NCBI RefSeq assembly: GCF_009914755.1
Contig: NC_060927.1
Reading direction: 5' to 3' (one strand)
DNA from: the human T2T-CHM13v2.0 reference genome, Homo sapiens
Length of the DNA: 64,000 nucleotides
The notes beneath the pieces are model-generated. The model saw only the letters and a list, made by a program, of their open reading frames with translations, did no database searches and had not been told where the DNA came from. Both the position numbers and the translations under genes were made by a program. How positions within the stretch are numbered: the stretch's first letter is position 1; each line of letters opens with the position of its first letter. Positions 1 through 13,168 of the stretch are shown here, in pieces.

Positions 1-429
1 CAGTATTTGGACTTTGCCTTATATACAAGGCTTGTTCTGATGTAAGTATACTATACATTTAGATATGTGCTGTGCATATGTCTGTGTAAATGCTGTGAAC
101 ACAGATAAAAAATTAACTTATGTTATATCCAACACATTACCTGGGATGCAGTAGGTATTTAATGTGCATTACTTGGTGAATTGACTGTATATGGTATCAG
201 GGAAAATAGCATAAAACGTAATTCAAATGTGAAAAATACATACTAACTATAATCATTTTATGACTTAAAACCATTTATGCCTCTTCACTGTTGTGACAGT
301 AATACATGTGTCAAATCAACAGTGTTCAGTTTCAATTGAATAGGTATATAAACTATACATAGGTCCACCCCTTCATTTTTCACTCATTTGAAGTGATTGC
401 CTTCTCAACACTTAAATATTTATATTGCT

Positions 430-725
<296 letters not shown>

Positions 726-790
726 GAATGTATATTGTCTGTTTTACAGGAGACTCCTTTCCTCAAAACTCCAAAATTTGGTTAATGTAG

Positions 791-1136
791 TTTTTTGTTT
801 GTTTGTTTATGTTTTTTGGTTTGGTTTGGTTTTCTTTTGTTTTGAGAGACAGGGTCTCACTCTGTTGCCCAAGCTGGATGGATTGCAGTGGCACAATCAC
901 AGCTCACTACAGCCTCGACCTCCTGGGCTTGATCAAGCAATCCTCCCACCTCAACCTCCCAAATAGCTGGTACTCCAGGCACACACAACCATGCCCAGCT
1001 AATTTTTAAATTCTTTTGTAGAGACGGTGTCTCACTATGTTGTCCAGGCTGTTCTCAAATTCCTGGGCTCAAGCAATCCTCCTGCCTCAGACTCCTGAAG
1101 TGCTGGGATTACAGGTGGGAGCCACAATGGTTGGCC
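791..1136 (-). mobile_element. Alu SINE, AluJ(o)-like
   Basis: Reverse-complement Alu (GAGACAGGGTCTCACTCTGTTGCCC ... GCTGGGATTACAGG ... GGCC) with J-type CTCACTACAGCCTCGACCTCCTGGGCT. Tail has decayed to (GTTT/GGTTT)n. Confidence 0.9.
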
Positions 1137-1751
1137 CTGATTAATAATCTGTTTAGCAACAATTAATCAATATTTTAATGGCATTATATCAATACTCTCT
1201 GGAGTTGATAGGGCAAATGAGAAATCAAAATTGATTAAAAAATTAAGTATCCCCAGAGAAGATATAATGATATAGTTGATTTTTTAGTCTAGACTATCCC
1301 TATAAGATATAAATATTCTGAGTTATGGAAACAATTAGAAAATAAAATTTTAAAATAATTTACAATGGAAAGAAGTAGAAAAACTGATTAGAGAAACATT
1401 GTTAGCAAACCACTTAGAGTATTAAATCAATATTTTTAGGAAGATTAATCAGTAATGTGGCAAAGTGAGTGAAAGAAATTAGCAGGCTATCATAATTAAT
1501 GCATGAGATGAGACGAGCACAAATGACAGTGGTCACCGTTATAGTGAAAAGAGTGGAATGAGTGCTAGAAACGTGGTGAAGAACACATTTTTAAAGAGTT
1601 ATGTCTTCTTGATTAATAATACAAATAATGCTAATTACCATTAATATTCAAAAGAAAAGATGGCAATAACAATGACTTCAAAGTTTCTAGTCAAGATCCA
1701 GAAGACTGGTGATACTGTCTACAGAAATAGTTAAGGTAAAACAAGAAACCA

Positions 1752-2053
<302 letters not shown>

Positions 2054-3129
2054 ACAAGAAACCAAGCAGGAGGGAAGATGGTTAATTTTGGCAGGTACAT
2101 AGAGTTTAAATAATGCTAAATATCCACATTTAAATGTCCAGCATAATGGGAAATTTCAACCTTCAAACTGGATTATTTTCAAAACTTAAATTTATTTATA
2201 GGTGAACTACATTCTTACCCTGCTAATTAGTTGGTGAAATACTTTAAATAGAAGGAAGCAACTAAATTCACACTTTAAAAGTCCATGGAAATTTTTTCTA
2301 AAGCACCAATGGGGAGGAAAGTCAATATTTTTATTTGTTCATTTGATTGATAGTAATGAATACTGGCTTTGCTCAGACAAGGCAAAGAAATTTAGGATTT
2401 CCAAAGCAGTAGCCAAGTATGATTTGTTTATTTCATCCATAATCTTCTACCTGAGTGTTTCTTTCTGAAGAAAATTACACTTCTTGCTCTTAACACCACT
2501 ATAAAGAGTGGAGTGCATCACGTTGCTTCCCCTTCAGCAGGTTTAATTTTATTTTGTAATTAACAATAGCTAGTTTGGGAATTATACTGTGATATCACTT
2601 GGTTTTGAATTTTCATTGAGTCTTTTTATGAAAAATTACAAACTCCTCAGAGGGACTGATGTAGTTTGTTGCCATGGATAATTATCTCTAAATAAACTCA
2701 GGGTAGTTAAGTGGATATGAACAGATGGAAATAAATTGATTGAAGTTGTCTATTGTGCCTCTTGGCTCCTGTTTATTTGTTACCAGCAGCATATCTTTTT
2801 GTCTTGTCAGGCCTGGCATTTTGTGCACTTGAACTTTAACAATGTCAGCTGGATTCCTCCTCAAAACTGGCATAGAAATTGCTCCAGGGTACAGCCCTCT
2901 GCCAACCTGGCCAGAACCACAGCAGAAACCAATAGCCTAATTACAGTTCTCTAAGCCTCATAGGAAGAAGGTCACATATATTGGTACAGCTGTCTAACCA
3001 TGTCCAAGTTTATCTAACCTCAGATGAATTGTAGGCAGGTTCTATTAAAGCATCACAATCTCTCCACTCTTATTTTACATATAGGGAAAATTAAGTTAGA
3101 GGAGAGAAAAATATTCAGCCTGGTGTTTA

Positions 3130-3420
3130 GTCATTCATTAAACTAATTTCACAATTACGTATTAAGTGCCAACTACAGGCCAGCCACTATTCTGGGCACC
3201 AAGAATTCAATAGTGATAAGGCACAGTCTCTGCCGTGGTGTTGGTAAGGGTGACAGACAAGTCAGCAGGAAATTAAGATACAGTATGATCAATACTTTGA
3301 AAAGCACAAGCTAAGAATGTAAGAATGGTATAGGAGCTCACAAGAGGGACACTTCCCTTAGTCTTGATGACTAGTTTCCAAAAGAAGGAACACCTATTGT
3401 GACCCGAAAGATGATCAGAT
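3130..3420 (-). mobile_element. LINE-2 3' fragment
   Basis: TCATTCATT...ATTAAGTGCCAACTACAGGCCAGCCACTATTCTGGGCAC resembles the reverse complement of the L2 3' end. Confidence 0.6.
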
Positions 3421-3919
3421 AACTGGCCAAAAAATAACTCACTGCCAAACTTACTGGCCATCCAATCAACCTTGGCTCCTAAATATTTCAATTTAAACCA
3501 ATAAATGCTTATGAGAAACCTGCATGTTTCTAACACTTTGATAGAAATTCTAGAATTCCAGAAAAATATAATACCAAGATGCCTGCCCTCAGAAGACTGC
3601 AGTTCTATTGGAGAAAGCAGAATCAAAACACTTGAACCAATTAGGAGACAGTAAGAAGAATATTAAAGACTATGACATGTGTTATAAATAATATTATTGT
3701 ATGAGAGATCCTCAGAGTCACTAGATAGACATCAATTGAAAGGCAGAGCTAAGCTGAGGCTTGACAAATGGGTAGGCAGTAAAGTGAGAATTTTTATCTT
3801 CTCCAGATATCACTAATCTCACCCCAAATTATGGTTAGATTCTACCCACAACATTAATGCTGAAAACATTTTTTTTCAGACTGATTCTTTTGGAAACCAC
3901 TTCTTTTCTCAAACCAACT

Positions 3920-4393
3920 CTTACAGGCTCAATGGCGTTGCCCCCCAAAACTAGGCTGAACTCCCAGTAACTGGAAATGTTACCTTATTTAGAAATAGGG
4001 TCTTTTCAGATATAATCAGGTTAACATGAGGTCATACGAATTAGAATGGGTCTGAATCCAATATGACTGGTGTTCTTATAAGAAGAGAATCAGAGACAGA
4101 CACACCAAGAATTAGTATGATGTGAAAACACACAGAGAGAATGTCATGTGATGATGGAGGAAGAGATTAGAGTGATGTGTCTATAAGCCAACGGGCTCCA
4201 AAGATTGCCAGTAACACCAGAAGCTAAGAGAAAGGCATACAACAGATTCTTTTACTGAGCCTTCAGAGAAAGCATGAAAGTAAATGACACCTTGATTTCA
4301 GACATTTAACCTCCCAAACTGTGAAGGAATAAATTTCTGTTAAGTCACCTGGTTTGTGGTACTTTGTTATGGTAGCCCAACGAAACTAATACA
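3920..4393 (+). mobile_element. MaLR solo LTR, MLT1C-like
   Basis: ACCTTATTTAGAAATAGGGTCTTT, ATGACTGGTGTTCTTATAAGAAGAG, GACACCTTGATTTCAGAC, AATAAATTTCTG and terminal AACTAATACA are MLT1B/C hallmarks. Confidence 0.85.
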
Positions 4394-4964
4394 CAAACTG
4401 GGCGTGTTGACTCCTGAAAGAAATTTGGCATGTGTGAATACTGTAAATGAATAATAGCTTTAAGATTGTGTGGAATTTCAAGTGATATGAAAAGATAAAG
4501 GATTCAGCAGCAGGGCAAGGTTGATTACCCAAAGGGTGTTATTGCAGATAATGAGCTTCTGAACACAGAGATTAAGCCCTCCACAGCATCAGCCTCAGAC
4601 ATAACGGCATTAAGGAACTGGAGAACCTCTGCCATAACTAGTGTAGGCTTCTCAGGGGCTCTGGTTCTCCTCTCCTAGGAATATCCTTTTAAATAAAATA
4701 TTATAATATCAAAGGTGTGAATATTTTGCTCAAGGAGTATGAAAATTGCAATATTGTTTTATGTAGTTTTGGTTAGCTGATAAGTTTTACAACATCATGT
4801 AGTTTTTAAAATCATATTTAAAAAAATACATATAGAAAGAAAATAATAAAGAAAAAATATATATACATAATCACCAAATGTTTAGAAAGTACATATTTAC
4901 GCTGATGGTGGCATTTCAAACATCCTGGTAGCTCTACTTTTAAAATATATGCGACCACTTTCCA

Positions 4965-5630
4965 TAAATAGCAAATCTGCATTTATGGTCCAAGCCACTG
5001 CCATCTCCTACCTGAATTATTGCAACAGGTTCCTCACTGTTTTCATTCTTACCCCACAAGGGTCCACACAACAATCAGAGCAATGTTAACAAGTCAGTCT
5101 ACATCATTCCTCTGATCAAAACTCTCCAATAACCCCCTATCTCTTCTAGCATGAAAGAAACCCAGAGCCCTTACAGACAGTTCTTCAATGCCTTATAAGA
5201 TCTGGACCCAGTTACCTGTCTGATCTCATGTCCTACTATTCTACTCCTACAGAATTTCTATCTTCCTAGGACTACAATCATGCCGGGCATGTTCTTGCCA
5301 CAGGCTAGATATCCCAGAACGTATCCTTCACTCCTTGAAGCCTTTGCTCAAATGTCACCTTCCTATCAAGGTCTTCCAGACCATATTATTAAAATGACAT
5401 CACACACTCTCTACATTCCCCAACCCCTTTCTTGCTTTTTCTCCAATGCACTTATCGTCTTGAAGTATACAACATAATTTGCTTATTTAATTGATTTACT
5501 GCTTGTTTCTTTCCCAGCAGCTATAAGATCCATGAGAACAAGAATTTCTATTTATTCTGTTGGCTGCTATATTTTATTGCCTAGAATCATATCTGGCATA
5601 ATAGGTACTCAATAAGTATTTGTTCAATGA
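4965..5630 (+). mobile_element. LINE-2 (L2a-like) 3' portion
   Basis: GTCCAAGCCACTGCCATCTCCTACCTGAATTATTGCAAC ... CTCAAATGTCACCTTC ... GGTACTCAATAAGTATTTGTTCAATGA is a typical L2 3' end. Confidence 0.8.
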
Positions 5631-6291
5631 CAGGATAAGGATATTTATCTCAGCATTATTTAAAATAGCAAAACATTGGAAATGACCTACATGTCCAATA
5701 AAGGAATGGCTAAATGAACAATGATACTTTTCAACAAAATATTATATGCCTGTTAAATTAACTATATGTGCTGCATCATCTGTGCAATTATTTACAATCA
5801 AATAATTTTAAAAGTTGAATACAATCATAGGTTTCTTTTAAAGGCAACTACATCAAATTGCTTGTGAATATGGAATAAGAAAAAATAAAAATGCTTTGTT
5901 AGGGTGATGGAATTATAGTACATTTTGGAGTTTTAAATAATAATGTTTGATATCTGTGTCACTATACATATTTTTAAAGTAAAATTGAGCTATATTAGAA
6001 TACTAAAAACAGAACTGGGTTATATTTTGAGAGAGCTACATTCATTGTCACGTGGTGAAGTTTTAAAAATCAACTTTATTCTGATTATTAAAACTAGCAG
6101 CTTCATTCTTGAAGAGCAGAAAATGTCATTGATGTATTCAAGTTATATAAATGAAGCAGAACTTTTCTGTCATGCATGCTGAGTTAAACTATTACATAGT
6201 TTAAATTTACTCAGAAAAATCTGAACATAGTTTCCCTATGGTTCAAAGTAGGAAAGTGTTATTATGTTGACTAATACATGCCCTGAATTCA

Positions 6292-6622
<331 letters not shown>

Positions 6623-6700
6623 GGAAAGAAAGAGAGATAGAAAAGAAGGAAGCAAGGAAGGAAGGAAGGAAGGAAAGAAGGAAGGAAGGAAGGAAGGAAG
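6623..6700 (+). repeat. Purine microsatellite containing (GGAA)5 AGAA (GGAA)5, derived from the Alu tail
   Basis: Read directly at 6656-6699. Lies inside the Alu TSDs. Confidence 0.95.
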
Positions 6701-7750
6701 AGTCTTGACATACAACCATATGTAATAAAGCCTGAATATCAACAGGGAAACCCAAGGCTTTAGGAGAAACATTGCTTATGATAAAAAATATTCCTGCTGA
6801 AGGAGAAAGGCTGATACAGTTCCAGAAAAAAATGTATATCTAAACTTTAGGTGAAGTTTTTTTCTGGCTTTGCAGTAATTACCCCAATATCCTCAATCTT
6901 CTCTAAAAGTCTAAGCTGTCCAGTATTTATATTGATTGTGCTCTATAGAACCTGGGTTCATCCTTGGAGCAATATATGAAAGAAAACAGAAAACAGCCAC
7001 AGGAGCCTGGAGGGACAGAGGAGCTGGTCGCTTTGTGGACCACTGTACACCTGAGAAAGGTGACTCTTGAAAGGAAAAGAGGTAGGAAGACACGGGATCC
7101 TGCTGCCTCTTGGGTGGACACCATGCAGGTGGGAACACTTTGGTTATACACAATTCCTTTCCTATCTACAAGGTTGCATCCTGTCACATTTTATGAAAAT
7201 TAGTGGGACAGCATACATGGCAGTTGTTTTTTTATACACACATAAAATAAGTAAAATGAATAAGTAAATAATATAAATAAATGAGTGGAAGAATGAATGA
7301 GGAGGAAGAAAAAGCAAAGGAAGAGAGTGGAATGAAAAGAAACAAAAAGAAAGGAAAGGAAGAAGCACTATCACTAAATATGAAAATCAGAAAGAAAGAA
7401 AAGAAAAATAAATGACTAGGAAAATAAATTTGGAATGAAATAGATTAAAAGAATGACAAAAATATAAGAAATTTAAAGTAACTGGAAAAGAAAATAAAAG
7501 AAAGACCCAATTGTTAGAAAATGCCTAGTTTTCCAAACAACATTTCAAGTTTTCTCAATATTCTGTGGGAGTCACACATGTAAAGAGAATGATGGTTTCA
7601 TCTGAAGGAGAGTGGACAAATATCAATGGAAAGATTACTCTAAAATATTGGTTTTTAAAGTATCTGGTGATTTTTGTTCTCTTATCACTTTTTACATTTG
7701 GAATCAATCATGCTAAAAGGATAGTTCACTAATATTAGGTTTCTACATAC

Positions 7751-8119
7751 AGTTAACAAAGTTAATAGAGAAGACATTAGGTTGAGAGAGCTCTACCACT
7801 TTGATTTTCTGTGTAAACAAACTGAAGTCCGAGGTAACCAGTAAAACAAAACTAGACTTAACCAATCAGAAACCTCCAGCTAACCTCTAACTAGGGACTT
7901 TCCATCAGATAATGCCCAAATAAGCCAAATGCTGAGCTGTTGCCAATCAGTAATTTCTTCACTTTGCTTCTATAATCACCCTATGAAAGTCCACTGCCAA
8001 AACTGATGAGGCAGAGCTCTCTGAATCTCTTCTGGTCCTAAAGCTGCCCAGTTCATGAATGGATCCTTGCTCAAATAAACTCTGCTAACTTTAATCTGTC
8101 TGAAGTTTTTTTTTAGACA
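7751..8119 (+). mobile_element. ERV1-class solo LTR (MER57/LTR54/MER93-like)
   Basis: AACCAATCAGAAACCTCCAGCTAACCTCTAACTAGGGACTTTCC, a second CCAAT, TGCTCAAATAAACTCTG poly(A) region and terminal ...TTTTAGACA match this LTR group. Exact subfamily uncertain. Confidence 0.75.
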
Positions 8120-8309
8120 GTAACTTACAACAAAATATTTCTTCATATTTCAAAAAGCACAGTAAATCATGAGGCAGGTATTAAAGAATTCATCAACCCT
8201 TTTGAAGGCCATTATTATTATTACATTAAAAAATAATTAATATTTAAAATGATATGGTTTAAAGACGTTAAACCCTTGGTGGAGTAAAGAATTGTCCTAA
8301 AAATAATAC

Positions 8310-8430
8310 TGGAGATTGGTTGTATAACACTGTGAATGTACTTAACACTAGTGAATTATACACTTTAAAATATCTAAAATGGTAAATTTTATGTTATAGG
8401 CTTTACTATAATTTTTTAAAATTTTAAAAA
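8310..8430 (+). mobile_element. Old L1M (L1MB/MC-like) 3' end fragment
   Basis: GGTTGTATAACACTGTGAATGTACTTAACACTAGTGAATTATACACTTTAAAA...GGTAAATTTTATGTTAT is the L1M 3' terminal motif. Confidence 0.7.
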
Positions 8431-9532
8431 TTAAAGATATCTTAGATCATAGAGCAAGAACATTAATGATTCAGGGAGAAGCACTTAGTTATAATAAATC
8501 TGATATAAATTTAAATTGCAAAATCTAAATACCTATCCTAAAGTGATGATTTTGTATTTGTAAATACCTTAAAATTAGGCATGTGGGGAATTGTGAACGT
8601 AATAACATAGTTGCCTAGGAGATCAAATTTTGTAAAATGAAACAGAGCCTGAATCCAAAAGTGATTAACTTCCAGAAGCTTGATAAATAAACATCCACAA
8701 GATTTTAAACCTTAAAAAATTTTGATTTTGCTATTATCTCTGAGACTGCAATGCTTGAAATTATATGCGTGCATATTTTGTATTATGCTATCTAACTATC
8801 TTCTTATCCCCTCTTTGCTAACCTGTTACATCCACATCTCCCCTGCTTCTCTTATGGGGGACCCAGGTAAGTAGCTACAGCTGTTTACTTCTCTTTCTCT
8901 TGGCATCAATTGTTGGGTTTCAGCTTAAGTTGTTTAAGGAAACGTCATCGCTCAAAACTGCCTTTGGCAAAATGCCTCAGATGCTAGCCTGTGAAGAAAA
9001 AATTATATGCTGAACTTTAGAGAAAATCATTATATTATGTGTGGTGAGAAAATATGAAAATTCTCACATATAGAGACCCTCTAGGAAACTGAGGTCTTGA
9101 TTCTACCTACATGTAAGGGCATGAAGAAGTAAAACAGGAGTGAGATAGACTGTCCCATTGTGAGGAAGGGTATTTAACAGATTTAGGTAGAAAACAGCCA
9201 AGCATCAACCGTGCCCCTCTCTCCTCCAAGAAGCTCTTTCCCTAATAGCCTAAGTAATACTAATAGATGGACCTGCATTGAGTGAGAGCAGAGGCCTGAG
9301 CACCTAACACCTCCACTATCATGTAGATTGTTAAGGGGCAGACACTTCCACTTTTTGTTGGTTCTCCTGTGATAGAAACATTTAATTTATCAGTACTTAC
9401 ACTCTTCCATTAAGACTCCCCTGCTTCCAGCGTTACAAGGAATAGAAGGCCATGAGTATATCAGTTATGCTTGAGTGAGGTCACTGATGTGAACGCAGGT
9501 AGGAGAAGCAAAATACAGCCTGGCAGCTTTGC

Positions 9533-9806
9533 TGCGAAGGCTGCCAATTTGAATGCCTAAGGAGGGGCTTAGTGGGAACTGTGAACTGCTTTGAACCAGA
9601 GTAAAAAGTGCCTTATGAGAAGAAAGTCTAGGGTTACCAGATCTTCTGGTTTGTCAAGAAATGCTGAGATATCTGGATTTTAACATGAAATATCCTGACT
9701 TTCAAAGGTTGGAAAGCAATTCAAATTTTTCAACACTATGTGAAGGCAAAACTCCAGATGCCCGAGGGCTATATTCAGACTGCAGGTTATCAAATCGTGA
9801 CCTCAG
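9533..9806 (-). mobile_element. hAT-Charlie DNA transposon fossil, MER102-like
   Basis: GTTACCAGATCTTCTGGTTTGTCAAGAAATGCTGAGATATCTGGATTTTAACATGAAATATCCTGA...GTGACCTC resembles the reverse complement of MER102. Confidence 0.7.
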
Positions 9807-10383
9807 CTTTCCATACCAAAGACTGAGCAGCTGGAGGGGGACTGGAAGGGAGAGATAAGAAAAACTGAGCTTTAGATAGCTGTTAAATGGAGTGGAATTT
9901 GGAGAGAAGGAGATTCTTAAGGGAAAATCTTAGGGTTGTTTTCTGTGTAATGGGTGGTGTAAATCCATTTGTAAACCAAAACACCTTCAGTGCTCTTAAA
10001 ATTGGATTTGTATTTTTTTGGATATGACAACATGCTAATACAGGCTTTAGAGTAAGAGGGAAAAGACTTAGCTATACATGTTTACATTTACAAATGATAA
10101 ATATTGAACTGCCAAATTTTTATGAAAAGATCCTATTGGATTTCATGTCACAGTTTACGATAAAACCACAACTCTCAGAGACTTAGTAAGGCCATCAGAG
10201 CTGTTCAAATAGAGTATAAAGGTGTAATGCCTCACCAGGTTATTACTATTTCTAGCTAGCAGATGAACCCAACCCAGAGCATAAGTATGAAAAGATGGAC
10301 TGTAATACTTTCAAGATATCTATTTTGTAATCTCCAGACATACACACACATGTGCACACACACACATCTGACTCTATAATAAA

Positions 10384-10745
10384 TGCTATGGACTGAATCA
10401 TGCCTTCTCATATTCACATGTTGAAGTTGAAGCCCTAGTCCTCAATGTGATGGGGTTTAGATGAGGTCATCAGTGTGCAGCCTTCATGAATGTGTTCAGT
10501 GCCCTTATAAGAAGAGACACAAGAGAGTTCTCCCTGCCTCCCCGGTCCCCCTGACTCTGCCATGTGAGGATACAGCAAGAAAGCAGTCATCTACAAGCCA
10601 GAAAGAGGGCCTTCATCAGGCCCAACCGTGCTCTTACCCAAATTTCAGACTTCCCATAATTCCAGAACTGTGAGAAATAAATGTCTGCTGTTTAAGCCAC
10701 TCAGTCTATGAAATTTTGTTACAGCAGCCATAGCCGACTAAGACA
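10384..10745 (+). mobile_element. MaLR solo LTR, MLT1A0-like
   Basis: Starts TGCTATGGACTGAAT, contains GCCCTTATAAGAAGAGACAC and CCAGAACTGTGAGAAATAAA, ends GACTAAGACA. Confidence 0.88.
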
Positions 10746-10867
10746 AATGGATACTCCAAAATTGCAACATATCATTGGGAAGGTATTTATAAATACCTAA
10801 TTCTTCCAGTGAGTCTTCAAACTACCTCCATATGTGGGCAAAGATCTCCATTATCCAACCAACCTAC

Positions 10868-11363
10868 TGAGGTACTAAGTGGCTAAGTTGGCTGGACTTC
10901 CTGGGTCAGTAGGGACTTCACCAAGGGGACTTTCCCCTAAGCCAAAATGAGTCATAACTGCAAGCTAAGGGATTGAAACTTCAACCAATCATATAGGGAG
11001 TTTAAGCTATAGCTGCAGCCTGATGGTTTTAACCAATCAGGCCCTCCAACCCACAAGCAGATAGAAAATAAGCTAATCTTATAGGACAGAAAAAGGAAAA
11101 GGGGAGGAGTCATAAGGGGATATAAGCATAAGACACCCAAGCCAGAAACAGCAACCCTTCTGGGTCCCCTTCCACTGCATGGAAGCTTTACTTTCACTTT
11201 TGCTTTAATAAATCTTGCTGCAGCACTCTTTGGGTCCGCGCGTTTCTCTAATCGAGCTCTAACACCTGCTGCTGCGGTCCATGGCTTCATTCCTTGAAGC
11301 CCATGAGACCACAAACCCTTCCATAGAGAAAAATCTTTGATCAGAAGAAGACTTCTCATCTCA
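10868..11363 (+). mobile_element. ERV1 solo LTR of the HERV9/HERV-W/HERV30 group (LTR12/17/30-like)
   Basis: GCTGGACTTCCTGGGTC start region, two CCAAT boxes, TATA-like GATATAAG, GGCAACCC-like CAGCAACCCTTCTGGGTCCCCTTCCAC, AATAAATCTTGCTG, CTCTTTGGGTCC and GGCTTCATTC...TTGAAG. 3' boundary approximate. Confidence 0.78.
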
Positions 11364-11419
11364 TTTCTAAAATAAATTTTAAAACCAGTCCTTAAGTAGG
11401 GTGTAATTATAGAATACCC

Positions 11420-11784
11420 GACTATTAACTGAATGTTTGGGTCCCCCTAAAATTCATATGTTGAAATCTAACTCCCAAGGTGATGGTATTAGCAGGTAGG
11501 GCTTTTGGGAGGTAACTAGGTCATGAGGGTGGGACTCTAATGAATGGGATTAATGCCCTTAAGAGAAGAGGCCAGAGAGCTAGCTCTCTGTACTCTCTCC
11601 CATGTGAGAATACAAAGAAAAGATAACCATCTGCAAATCAGGAAGAGGGTCCTCACTAAACATGAGATCTGCTAGCACTCTGATCTTGGATTTCCTAGCC
11701 TCCAAAGTATGAGAAATAAATGTTTGTTGTTTAAGCCACACAATCTATGGTATTCTGTTATAGCAGCTCAAGCTAACCAAAGCG
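11420..11784 (+). mobile_element. MaLR solo LTR, MLT1A-like
   Basis: CTGAATGTTTGGGTCCCCCTAAAATTCATATGTTGAAAT, GGTCATGAGGGTGG, GAGAAATAAATGTTTGTTGTTTAAGCCAC. Confidence 0.88.
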
Positions 11785-11934
11785 GACTCCCTTCACATTT
11801 TATATTCTTAGTTATTTTACTTATTTAAGTATGGTTTTTAAATTTAGTTCTAGAGGCATCTATAACATTATAAATATTACTTGTACAATCTACACTCCCT
11901 GTTACATTAAATGAGAGAGTTAAGTTTGTTTAAA

Positions 11935-12770
11935 GAAAATAGGCTTGAAGTCAGCAAGACCAGATTCTATTGTGACTCTGCCACTTACTAGTTATGTGAT
12001 ATGGGGCACCTTATTTAAGCAATCTGAGAAAAGAATTCCAGCTCTGTAAAATAAGGATATTACTGCAACTGCCTTTGCAAAAATTTTAACAGTGAGAAAA
12101 TTATGGCAATAAAAGGGATCTGATCTAACTAACCCCATCTTGCCTTTAACCTCCAAGCTGTCCTTAATCATTCCTGGGCTAAGGCCAAGCTAACATTGAG
12201 AGACATTTAGTTTATAGTTTAAACGATAACAGCCCTTCTCCCAAACTAAACCACCTTTGTAAAGCTAATGAAAGACCACCAGGTTAGGAGGATAAGAAGG
12301 CTAAATTCTGCCAAGGTGTAGACATAAATGATTACCAGCAATTATTCTGGAGGTCACAAGGTTTGCAACTTCTCCAATTACTCCTGCAGATAACATACGT
12401 ATTGTAGAACCTAAGACTGGTCTCCTGAAATGTTTTTTCAAGTTTTTGCATTTCTGACAATCAGTGGCTCCACCTGGACCCACCAACTGGTCCTGTGGCC
12501 CCATATAGAAGCAGACTCCCTGGCTCAACAAACTATCCTGAAAAAAACCCTAGCCTCCAAATTTTCAGAGAGATTGATATGAGTGTTTGATTTGAGGGAC
12601 TGATTAAACTCTTTATTGCAATGCTATGGTCTCAGTGAATTGATTTTGTCTGTGCAGTGGGCAGGAAGAACCCATTAGGCAGTTACACTACTAACTAGCT
12701 ACAGGATTGTTAAAAATATTAAGATTTGTAAATGTATCTAACCCATAGAAAACCATAATATTTATTTTGC
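11935..12770 (+). mobile_element. MIR SINE split by the LTR8 insertion (11935-12063 and 12688-12770)
   Basis: CTCTGCCACTTACTAGTTATGTGA...CTGTAAAATAAGGATA before the LTR continues as CTACTAACTAGCTACAGGATTGTT...ATTAAG after it. Confidence 0.65.
12064..12687 (+). mobile_element. ERV1 solo LTR, LTR8A/LTR8B-like
   Basis: TGCAACTGCCTTTGCAAAAATTTTAACAGTGAGAAAATTATG...CCATCTTGCCTTTAACCTCCAAG start and GCAGGAAGAACCCATTAGGCAGTTACA end. Near 4-bp TSD TTAC/CTAC. Confidence 0.88.
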
Positions 12771-13168
12771 CATTTCTCCTAAAAGTGAAGCTATTGCTTA
12801 AATCTAACCGAAAGAATTATCCTTGGGTAGTTGTGAGGAGCTAAGTTTTCCCTAGGGGCAATTGCTAACTCAGGAAGAGGTAGCTAAAAGTATAAGAAGC
12901 TGATCAGAACTTCCAACAGGCCAAAGGGACAAAACTAAAAATTAAAAAAAAAAAATTGGACTCCAGGGTCCTCCAAAGTTGAGGCCTCTTCAAAACTGCA
13001 AGCTATAGGTCAGAACACTGAAGGACCATACACTAACAGAGACGTTGAACAGGAAGCAGGTGATTTATGTACTGAAGCCTAACTTTGAATTAACTCAATG
13101 CACAAAACTAAATTAAGAAAATCTTAGCTTTCGATTGTCCCAAATTACCAGAAAAAAAAAAAAAAAAC

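Noticed and set aside
7230-7505. A/G-rich tract
   Set aside because: Low-complexity sequence with no discernible unit or coding signal.
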